A stretch of 63,722 bases of DNA, filler included, from Octopus bimaculoides (taxonomy: Eukaryota), in assembly GCF_001194135.2 (NCBI RefSeq). It is 7 parts of 7 records of this genome, joined end to end, with 100 filler letters (N's around TTAATTAATTAA, not from the genome) between each part and the next. Parts side by side here need not be neighbours in the genome. Positions count along the whole stretch, not along the records: positions 52,483 to 55,190 come from NC_068981.1; positions 55,291 to 57,330 come from NW_026365209.1; positions 57,431 to 60,576 come from NC_069001.1; positions 60,677 to 63,722 come from NC_068993.1; 3 more parts are not named here. One strand, 5' to 3'. The notes beneath the pieces were generated by a model, which worked only from the letters and a program-made list of their open reading frames with translations, did no database searches and was not told the origin of the DNA. The position numbers and the translations under genes are program-made. This document shows, one piece after another, positions 53,011 to 63,722 of this stretch (positions within the stretch are counted from its first letter, which is position 1; each line of letters opens with the position of its first letter).

Positions 53011-53100
53011 TTAGTTAAGTCACAATTAGTTAAGTCACAATTAGTTAAGTCACAATTAGTTAAGTCACAATTAGTTAAGTCACAATTAGTTAAGTCACAA
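53011..53100. repeat. Perfect 15-bp tandem repeat x6 (ttagttaagtcacaa)
   Basis: Six identical units spanning 90 bp. Confidence 0.95.
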
Positions 53101-55159
53101 AAATATTGTTTTTAGTGATCACTATTTTTTTAAATGAGAGTTTGTGACATTTATACATTTTCCAATGTTACTGTTATTGTTGTTTCGCCTCAAATCAACC
53201 TTGTTTTTCATGTATCATGGGCTTCATTATCCAGAGTGTCTTATCGTTTTCAAGATAATAAAGAGTAATTTGAGTGACATTCAGCTGGCATAGCGATGGG
53301 AATGAAATAAACTTGGTAAACGTAGAATCGAAATCAGCTCATAGTTTTGGTGGGAAAATGGGTGCAAAATTTCAAAATTTCGATATTTAAAAATAATTAA
53401 ATAAATAAATAAATAAATAAATAAAATAGTTATAATAAAAAAATAGTGCGCTATTCTCGCAATACTTTTCCTGTCGCGGGCGCTGGCAACCCACGCTACA
53501 TCAGTGGGTCGCAGTCATTACTATCAGAGATTGCTTCTTAATACAACCCTCACTAAGACATATTGATAACATGCCAAGTTAGTTCACGCGCTACATTGTA
53601 CATTTCTGATATCAAGACAAACTCATTACAGGTAATTTTCCCTCACACAATGGTCATAACCACTCTAAATGGATTGCAAAATCTAAGTCTCCCAGTACTA
53701 AATATAATGAATTTTGGCAACAGCTGAAAGTCTTTGTTTCGTTGTTTTAGCAGGTATATTTAGTGTTACACTAAATTTCTTACAATATATGATTTGGTTT
53801 TCTATGTTGATTATTCTTTCCATCATCTTGATGTCGAATATATATATATATATATATANNNNNNNNNNNNNNNNNNNNNNNNNNNNNNNNNNNNNNNNNN
53901 NNNNNNNNNNNNNNNNNNNNNNNNNNNNNNNNNNNNNNNNNNNNNNNNNNNNNNNNNNNNNNNNNNNNNNNNNNNNNNNNNNNNNNNNNNNNNNNNNNNN
54001 NNNNNNNNNNNNNNNNNNNNNNNNNNNNNNNNNNNNNTATATCTGACATGTATTGTGGAATGATTTAATAAATTATACACCTCTCGCATAAATTCATGGA
54101 TTTCTCAATGTGCGAAATTATATTTTAGTCTCTGAGTTATTTATTCTCTGAAATATACATTTTAGTCTATTTTGTTAGTCTATTTTATTTGGGTAATATT
54201 GGCATCCGAAACGAAGTTGGTTTACTTACGATTCTAACGGCCTTAAGAGAGAGGTTTTGTAATTAGGTATCGTATTTTGTCGAAATACTTTTCTCTATGC
54301 GAGCCCCAAACCCATGTGAGATATACTGATGCAGTAATTCGCTTTCTGGCTAAAATTCAGCCTCCTGCCTTCCATCACTCGTAAAAACCTGAAGTTCTCC
54401 ACCTGCTTCAGTATCATTCTATGCAAAGCACACTAGACATGCTTTTTTCGAGAGACTCAGAAACTCAATTTTCGCAGCACTGGTTTTTTATTCCTATTTT
54501 TGCAAGAAGCCCTCTGTCTGAGGACTGTATTCCCATGATCTCATAGGAAGATGCAGGTGATGTAAGTAGGTAGATAGATGGAACCTGTAAGATTCTTGAA
54601 ACTAACTTGAACTCCTTGTTGCTAAGATGTGCGCAGATATACGTAACAAACACATCCATACACATATACACCAACATATATACGCACAAATGCATGCATA
54701 CATAGCAATATTGTTTAAAACCAATAGAAGAACAAGAAATCAGTGTGTATAGATGTAAAGTATAAAATTTATTGGGTTAATGCTTATGCTACTACTTGTA
54801 ATAATCATGATTCTTCGATCGGTTAGATGGAATGAACACATGTATGTATGTATGTATGTATGTATGTGTGTGTGTGTGTGTGTGTGTGCGTGCGTGTATG
54901 CACGATGCTCCCAACACATATACACTTTTAGCAACCCAAACAAAATGATACGTCGCTGTCCAAACATATATCACAATTAAAATAATACACCGTTTAGCAT
55001 CAATGGAAAATACTCTCACATGCACAAGTATACGAAGGTAATAACAAACCCTGCCACATTATACAAATGAATCCTACCACATTCTAACATTCAAGGCACA
55101 TGCCTTGAATATGTGTGTTCGATAATGTTCACAAGACTGGCGCTGCCTCTAATTCATAT

Positions 55160-55190
<31 letters not shown>

Positions 55191-55628
55191 NNNNNNNNNN
55201 NNNNNNNNNNNNNNNNNNNNNNNNNNNNNNNNNNTTAATTAATTAANNNNNNNNNNNNNNNNNNNNNNNNNNNNNNNNNNNNNNNNNNNNGTGACTGCAC
55301 GTGGATCTGTGTAATGTGTGTGTGTGTGTGTGTGTGTGTGCAATGTGTTTGTATAAGTTCCTGCTTCTGGCTCCAGGCTCCTCACATAACAACATATCCC
55401 ATGGCAATAAACGCTTAGGTTTTACTGTATTTTATAAAGTAATCAACCAACAAGTATAATTAAGACGCTCTTTTATTATTGCTGCTGTCTTTGTTTTGTG
55501 TTTTTTGTTTACTTTTATTATTTCCATTTTCCATATTTGTGTAGGTTTATACGTTTTTTTGTTCCCGTGTTAATTATAAATCGTTTTCATTTTATTTCAT
55601 TTCCTTCGTTTCTTACTTCGCTCAACGA

Positions 55629-55706
<78 letters not shown>

Positions 55707-56589
55707 ATATATATATATACGCATATATATATATATATATATATANNNNNNNNNNNNNNNNNNNNNNNNNNNNNNNNNNNNNNNNNNNNNNNNNNNNNNN
55801 NNNNNNNNNNNNNNNNNNNNNNNNNNNNNNNNNNNNNNNNNNNNNNNNNNNNNNNNNNNNNNNNNNNNNNNNNNNNNNNNNNNNNNNNNNNNNNNNNNNN
55901 NNNNNNNNNNNNNNNNNNNNNNNNNNNNNNNNNNNNNNNNNNNNNNNNNNNNNNNNNNNNNNNNNNNNNNNNNNNNNNNNNNNNNNNNNNNNNNNNNNNN
56001 NNNNNNNNNNNNNNNNNNNNNNNNNNNNNNNNNNNNNNNNNNNNNNNNNNNNNNNNNNNNNNNNNNNNNNNNNNNNNNNNNNNNNNNNNNNNNNNNNNNN
56101 NNNNNNNNNNNNNNNNNNNNNNNNNNNNNNNNNNNNNNNNNNNNNNNNNNNNNNNNNNNNNNNNNNNNNNNNNNNNNNNNNNNNNNNNNNNNNNNNNNNN
56201 NNNNNNNNNNNNNNNNNNNNNNNNNNNNNNNNNNNNNNNNNNNNNNNNNNNNNNNNNNNNNNNNNNNNNNNNNNNNNNNNNNNNNNNNNNNNNNNNNNNN
56301 NNNNNNNNNNNNNNNNNNNNNNNNNNNNNNNNNNNNNNNNNNNNNNNNNNNNNNNNNNNNNNNNNNNAAAAAAAAAAAAAAGGACAAAAAACAAAAACAA
56401 AAAGGCTTCCGTTTACGAAATAGACATTACTGTTGACAGTCCACAACTTCCAGACATTCGTAATTACATCTTTACAGCGATCAGATGTTTGTGATTAGAT
56501 CTGTTTGTATTCGTTAAGTGATATAATTCATATTAAATTTGCATTTAATACAACAATTTGTTTAAGGAATAATTCTAACTCCACCGATA

Positions 56590-56880
56590 CAGATCGTATC
56601 AATAAACTTCTAACATGCATAAACATTAACATGTATTTCGTTGTATGAACATTCATAGACATGTATTTCATCATGATTTCATCGTATTAATAAGCTTGCA
56701 ACATGGACACGTGTATCTAATTTAATCATTTAATTTAATTAATAAACTTGTAACATATATACACACGTATTTCCTCGTATTAATAAACATTTAATAATTA
56801 CACATGTGTATTTAGTTTCATAATTTAAGTGTATTAACAAGCTTCTAACATGTATAAACATGGATTCAATTTAACATTTA
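56590..56880. repeat. Degenerate minisatellite built on cgtattaataaacttxtaacatg modules
   Basis: The motif recurs about five times with variable spacers. Confidence 0.55.
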
Positions 56881-58079
56881 ATATTTGTTAATCATTATTA
56901 ATCTAATTTTCCAGCAGTGAATGGAGATTTACATAGATGGCAGGTGTATATTTAAAAAAAAATTAACTAAGGAAGATAGCTCGAAGTAGCCAGTAGCTTG
57001 TACTTCGATAAATTAGAGAAATACACGTATGTTAAATACCATACAACACAAATTCTTGACTTATTAAAATTACTGCCATTTCTTGGGGATGATTAAAATG
57101 AAAATGAGTGCTAAACACCGCATTGATGGATAAATATTCTTTATTTTCGGGATCACAAGGCAAGCATTGGCTTTATCTAAAGCTGAGACGAATAATAACG
57201 TTCCAGCTAGAAGGTTCGATCATTGCTGAGAGATTTCTCACGATATGGTAGACTTGTTAAACTCAAAATAAAGTATACATACATGCACATATACATACAT
57301 AAACTCTCACACACACACACACACATACACNNNNNNNNNNNNNNNNNNNNNNNNNNNNNNNNNNNNNNNNNNNNTTAATTAATTAANNNNNNNNNNNNNN
57401 NNNNNNNNNNNNNNNNNNNNNNNNNNNNNNACCACCGTTACCGCCACCATTACCACCATCACAACTATCACCACCACAACTACTACCAAGGCCACCACCG
57501 CCACCACCGCCACCACAACCACCACCGCCACTACCAACAACAACAACAACAACACCGCTACCGCCTTCATCCCCCGTCCACTAGTATTTTCAATTTAACT
57601 ATCAATACATCAAACACAGCAAGGCCAAGACCCTTGAAAAACCAGTTAGGGGTTTTCCCATTCTTCAGTTTATGTTGAACTTCTCCCATGTTGAAAGACT
57701 GGGTTTAGAAGAAAAGGGGCCATATGGCTGCCTTGTGTTTGAGTGTGCGTCTGTGTGCATGTATATACATATGTGTGTGCGTGTGTGTGTAGTGGGGTGT
57801 TTGTCTAAGTATGTATACATAAAATTATACACTTCATATATATACATGTGTATGAAATATATTCAATTAAATCCATATGGCTTTATAAACGCGCGTGTGG
57901 GTGTATGTATGTAGGTGTTGGTGTGGGCGTGTGTGCGTCAATGTGTGGGGAGCGTGTGTGCGGATGTGTATGTGTGTGATGGTGCGTAGAGATGTGTTTG
58001 CGGTGATGATGATGGACGATAGGGGTGTCTGTGTGGGTACATATGTATATATACACTTAAGCGTTTCTCTTTCTCTCTC

Positions 58080-58123
<44 letters not shown>

Positions 58124-58124
58124 C

Positions 58125-58162
<38 letters not shown>

Positions 58163-58256
58163 GTCTGTCTGTCTGTCTGTCTGTCTACCAACGGTTCTGC
58201 TATTTCGCCGCCTTTTAATATTTTACGACAATAAAACTTTTGGCTTACCGCTCGTA

Positions 58257-58756
58257 CAGTTCTATATTTAAGAGATGAGGAATTGACACGGAGAAATATT
58301 GATAAATCGGGTATAGCTGATCATGTATGGAAAAATGGAGACCACCTCCCCCTGTGGGATGAAGTTAAAATAATAGTCAGAGAACACCACTGGAAAATAC
58401 GAAAACTAAAAGAAGCAGCACTTATGCTAGGACACAACCTCCTAAGCAGACCGAGTACGAGATATGAATAGCATATGGGAGCCGGTACTAAGAAAGGATA
58501 GGGGTATATTATATTTATAAGCCCTAAAATTCACTCCATAATTGCTCACGGGCATATGGCGTAGTGGTTAAGAGTACGGGCTACTAACTCCAAGATTCCT
58601 GAATAATAATAATAATAACCTTAGGAATGAGAACCCAGGTTCGAAATTTCCCCCAAGACACCTGATGAAGGCTGGAGGGTGTATCAGCCGAAACGTCGTG
58701 TTAACAACAAACAGGATGAGGACAAATATCCATCAATTGTAAATAATGTGAATAAT
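58257..58756 (+). mobile_element. 5'-truncated Penelope-like element (GIY-YIG C-terminus plus 3' end) with a 12-bp TSD
   Basis: ORF 58283-58471 reads RNIDKSGIADHVWKNGDHLPLWDEVKIIVREHHWKIRKLKEA. The sequence ttaccgctcgta occurs at 58245-58256 and 58757-58768. Confidence 0.85.
58657..58702 (+). ncRNA. Minimal type-I hammerhead ribozyme motif with intact core
   Basis: GACAC-CTGATGA-A-GGCTG(GAGGGTGTAT)CAGCC-GAAAC-GTC-GTGTT has a GUC cleavage triplet, a 5-bp stem I, a 5-bp stem II and a loopless palindromic (ACGT) stem III. Confidence 0.7.
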
Positions 58757-60257
58757 TTACCGCTCGTAGTTTATATCTGAGAGCAGTTAGCTTGCTCGTG
58801 AGTGACGGCCATTCGTAGTTCCTCCTATAGATTCTGGATAATCTATCGTAAAATCACTATTGATGATTCGTGAATGAATTTATTAGTCACTTTGAACTAA
58901 ATAATATAATAATCCAATATTTTTCCTCAACCTATCAACATCTTTTTGGAAAGAGGTGGCCCAATTGATAGATGTGTTAATCATATCGATCAATCTCTGT
59001 CATTTCTGTCTGATCGTAAGTGAAACATAATGCAACCGGACATTCAATGACCGGTAGTCGGGTACTTCTGTTTGTGTTTGGTGATTTTTAACCAAATTGA
59101 TCGATGATGCGTAACAACCATTCAATAGGTTTTCTTTTGATTCGTGTCATAACCTTTCTTTCATGTAATCGTTCGTCAATGAATTGAAGTATTGCCGAAA
59201 ACTGTGTTTTGTGTTGATTGTATTGTCCACTTATTTCTCTTTGTTTGAGAGAGGCTTTCTATTCTACTTGTGTCTGTGTAGTAGCAAAAATCCCATCTGA
59301 GTTACGCTTCGTTCATGGTTCATGTTGCTTGCAATCCTTTTATCGAGTGAACAACTGATCTGTTAATATCGGCACAACATCGATTTTCCGGAACCTCTAT
59401 TTCCAAGACCTTTCTGGATCACTAATGTTTCCGAACCAGGGGCAGTCACCTTGGTCAGCAGATTCTAAATTAAACAAATATTCAATTACCTAAATGATTA
59501 AACGAAATACACGTCATGGCTGTACGTTAGTGTAAATTAGACCGGATTATAAGAAATACCGGACCATTAATATCCGGAAAATCGACGTTGTAGCTGTATT
59601 TATATTTGCAGTGCATTTTTAACGATCGATTTTTAAATAAGAAAGTCCAAAACAAGGCAAGAAGTCACTTAGTGTAAGGGGCCGTGAACAAGGTGAAATG
59701 AAGACGAAAGGAATTAATTTACTTTAGACCTGAAAGAGTTCAGGTCATGAGAGGGAGAAAAACAATGAGATGGAAGTTGTTATCGTAATTACTCCGCACT
59801 GAAATAGAAATTAGTTTGGGGATTTTATATCGCAGCCGCTCCTCATCCTCTTGTTGTAATCAGTTGCGGGATCTTATCTTCTTGTAGCCTTTTGTAGAAT
59901 TGATACACGTCTTGATTCAATTAAAAAAATCCACTGGAATCCCTTCTGATAGTACTGTGACCCAAGATACCTGACCCCAGATTTCTGTTCGAGTCATGGC
60001 TGAGAAGTAGAAAGTCAATTGTTATTGATCAAATCAAATTTAATCGCTTCTTTAATGTTGTGGTATTTTCTGAAAAAAAAAACAAAAAACAAAATGGTTT
60101 TTCTAAGATTCAGAGCGGGGTTTTTCAAACTAGGGTAGCAAGAGAATTAAAAGAGTCGGAAAGATTTTTAGTTTCTGTTTCCCAAATCTGCTCACAAGGC
60201 TTTGTATTTATAAATGTATATGTAGGTACGTACGTGCCTTGTGCGTATGTGGATGCA

Positions 60258-60292
<35 letters not shown>

Positions 60293-60326
60293 TTTATTTA
60301 AAAGCAGCAGAAATATAACAAAAAAA

Positions 60327-60430
60327 CCGTTACTCTGAGTTTCACGTTCCCGTTCATTGGGTGCTTACTCCGGTATATATATATATACCGACCATGACGA
60401 AGGGAAATAGCCCTGAAACTCGAGTCGCCT
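60327..60430. ncRNA. Two divergent degenerate hammerhead-like motifs around a 20-bp palindrome
   Basis: Minus strand: CCAATGA-ACG(GGAA)CGT-GAAAC-TCAGA-GTA. Plus strand: CATGACGA-AGGG(AAATAG)CCCT-GAAA-CTCGAG-TC. Centre: cggtatatatatatataccg (60371-60390). Confidence 0.35.
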
Positions 60431-61309
60431 TTATATATATATATTTATATTTATATATTTATATATTTGATCCTTTATATTGAACACTCAATATTTCATC
60501 TACATTCAATACTTTCTTTCATGGTGCCATCCATTTTTATTTTATTTTATTTTATATTGTATATTGTATATTATATNNNNNNNNNNNNNNNNNNNNNNNN
60601 NNNNNNNNNNNNNNNNNNNNTTAATTAATTAANNNNNNNNNNNNNNNNNNNNNNNNNNNNNNNNNNNNNNNNNNNNACGTATAAATTCAAAAGAACATAT
60701 TTATCTTCTTCAATATATATTTCAGTATAAAGAATTCATTAAGATGCTTAAATCAAAATTTCTTTACACATCAGATATAACATCAGAAAAAATACATTCC
60801 GTTTAAAAACACAAACCGTTCATGGCGAAAAAATTCACAATTACAAAAAACGAAAAATTTTTTTTAAGTTTTAGCAAATATATATATATATTTGATGCAT
60901 AATATATTATAAAAGGACTAACCTTGTTGTGTTGGTAACAACACTATGCCCAAGGAACAAAAAAGTAAGAGGAAATCAAATCTTGCCATGATCGTTGAAA
61001 ACGATATAAATGCTTAAACGATGTAAATGCTTAAATTGTTTCTGACGCATCCTATTTATAGGATGTGTCACGTAGGGGCGTTATAAGCAGCAAGAATTGT
61101 AAATACTGTTTAATTGCATATTTAATACATATACATACACATATGTATATATTTATGTGAGTTTGTGTGTATGTGAAAATAGAACATTTTATGTACACGT
61201 TGCATTATATGGGAAATCCCGAAGCTAGTATTTGGACGTATTGTGTTACAAGTACCAATGATTGTTAAGTGTTATTTATAGATACTAGTATTGTTTATAG
61301 ATACTGACA

Positions 61310-61680
61310 GAAACGTTAGCACGCCGGGCGAGATGCTTCGTTTGTCTACGTTCTGAGTTCAAATTCCACCGAGATCGACTTTAACTTTCATCCTTTCGGG
61401 GTCGATAAATTAAGTACCAGTTGCGCACTGGGGTCATCTAATCGACTGGCTCCCTTCGTCCAAATTTCGGGCTATGTGCCAAGTGTAGAAGAGATTATTT
61501 AGAGATACTTAAGGGCGGCGAGCTGGCAGAGTCGATAGTAGAATGCTTTGCTGCATTTTGTTCTTCTTTACGTTCTGAGTTCAAATGCCACTGTGGTTGA
61601 TAAAATCGAACACTGGGGTCGGTGTATTCGACTTAACTCCTTCCTCAAATTCACTGCCTTGTGCCAAAATTTGAAACCAT
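61310..61680 (+). mobile_element. Two tandem copies of the second SINE family
   Basis: gttagcacgccgggcg...aaattccaccgagatcgactttaactttcatcctttcggggtcgataaattaagtaccag, and gcggcgagctggcagagtcg...gccaaaatttgaaacca. Confidence 0.8.
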
Positions 61681-61810
61681 TATTTCTAGATACATGTATA
61701 TTTTCAGATTAATACATATATAGACACACAGATTCACTCATGCCTACTTAATGCCAGGTGTACATAAAATATATGCATATACCCTGGCATCTCACACATA
61801 CATGCATACA

Positions 61811-61846
<36 letters not shown>

Positions 61847-61853
61847 CATATAT

Positions 61854-61934
<81 letters not shown>

Positions 61935-61936
<2 letters not shown>

Positions 61937-63490
61937 AGCAGAGATACCCGGCTTTGCCCGTGTCACATGGAATTGAAGAATTAGACTTTTCTTTTATATT
62001 TTCTCTAATGAACTGCAAAAGCTATGATTGAAATTTCATCAAAATTGCAGATTAAGAATTTTAATAAGGGTTCTTTCCCTCTTTACACACCCTAACAAAA
62101 ATTTTAATCATGACATATTTATCCCATACTACTCATCTTTATACCCAGATTAAAAAAATCCAAATCTTATGAAACCTATTCAAAGGTTTTTGCTCCTGAC
62201 AAATGTAGCACAAGGAGCTCTAAAATGTGGGATTAAGGCCTCTATTGTTTGGTGGTCGGGGTCTTAAAGTCAACCAGAGAAATTGTATTCTTGGGAATCT
62301 TTTAACTTGGGTCTTATATCTATTGTTCAAATTTCTTTGAAATCGGAAATATATGTATGTTCAATGGGTTTGTAAAAGAGAGCAAAGCTACAGGAAACCA
62401 AGAGACGAATGATCACAATAAGCAGTCAGCTACTCTATCATAGTCGTTACCACTTCCCAATGTAGGATTCCTCACCCTACAAGTGATGGGCACAGCCGTA
62501 AGATGCATTACGGATCTATAGCAATTGGAAGGGCGTGACTCAACTCAAATTAACAGCTGTATGACGTGAGGGCTAAGGGGAAATGAAAGTTTCACCTCTG
62601 GAGTTTGCTAATGATCCCTATGCCGATAGGTAAGTGGACAGAATAAATTTGCAATCTATAAATCTCTTTGAATGACCAGTCACTTACCTAGGAAGTCCTT
62701 GAAATCAGTGTTACCATCTGGGGACTATCTCCGACTCAATGATAATAAAAAGACTCAAAGGAAGTCTGCAACCAAATAACTTTACTCAAAATATCACTTT
62801 GCAACTGAATCAGTGGAGGCAAAGATGTCTCTCCTTGACAATTTATGCACCACATTACAGAAAAAACAATCTAAGTATATCTCAATGTAAACTCTTACAG
62901 TGTTGTACCATTGAATTACAGATAACACTCATCTTGTATGCTCAAGTGACTCTACAGCTTCCAAGAGTACAATTGTATTCCCCTTGGTTTAGGAAAAATG
63001 ACTAAATTGTAGGGGTTAAGCCCCAATTAAGGGGTCTTACTAACTCCTAACACGTTGAAATTTTAGAAATATTACTTCATATGATTAAAATTTTAACAGC
63101 AGCAAAAATATATGAATTTGTATGGGGTGTATGGCCTCATTTATGCCCCCTCGCGTTCAAACATATACTGCATTAAATCTGTCCTTATGCATAGAATATA
63201 ATTCCCAAATTTCATAAAGATCCATTCACTACTTTTGGCCTAATTTTGGATTATAACAAATGACTAAAATTTGGGAGTTAAGGCTCCTATATGGGGGTTT
63301 TAGAATCCTCATGAGAAGCGGAAAATTCTGGAATACTTCTTGCTGTTTGTCAATTACCTATGATTAAAATTTCATCAACATCGGAAATTTATGAATGTTC
63401 ATGGGGGGTTCTGCCCCCTTTAAGTCACCTCAAATTCAAACCAAACATACTGCGTTATACCCTCATTTCATTTATGGCAGCTATTACATC
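61935..63490 (-). mobile_element. Helitron/Helentron-like non-autonomous element (3' terminus at 61935)
   Basis: The minus strand ends ...CGGGCAAAGCCGGG-tatctctg-CTAG|T (GC-rich partial hairpin, CTAG end, T target). There are internal dispersed aaatttcatxaa modules. The far end is not defined. Confidence 0.45.
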
Positions 63491-63722
63491 TTCCTCTTCA
63501 ATGTCAATGTAGGTAATGGATGCAGTCTTTTTCTGCTGAGTGCTATTGTCAAAGAAATCAGCTGGGTTCTTTATCTGCATGTGACTCAGAGGAGAAGTGA
63601 AGACACTCTTGAATTGTGCACTGAGCACTTCACTTATCCATGTGGGATCCGCAGTCAGTGAGCCATTAGGCAGGAATAGGGGTCCTATCTTATACTGTAC
63701 CGTAGCAATCTCTTTTGCAAAT

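Overview
Animal genomic DNA: AT-rich, very microsatellite-dense and gappy. The SINE/LINE repertoire and repeat load look like an octopod cephalopod (inference only). Most of the window is decayed transposable elements: tRNA-type SINEs of several families, many R4/Dong-like RLE LINE pieces, RTE and Tx1/L1-like pieces, Penelope-like GIY-YIG remnants, an internally deleted Gypsy-type LTR element, a mariner end, a Merlin (IS1595-like) transposase pseudogene, a Helitron-like end and a 5S rRNA pseudogene. No intact long ORF is present; nearly all of the ORF track is microsatellite or N-gap noise. The left ~21.5 kb looks CpG-depleted by eye and holds several small, phase-compatible minus-strand exon candidates, including one GC-AG intron. 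This suggests the 5' part of an unidentified host gene, with a candidate promoter (RFX X-box plus ETS-like sites) near 25.6 kb. The most striking recurring signal is a set of minimal hammerhead-ribozyme-like motifs tied to Penelope-like ends. One has an intact core (58657-58702), and one pair forms a 285-bp fold-back palindrome (44101-44385) flanked by a 14-bp target-site-like duplication.
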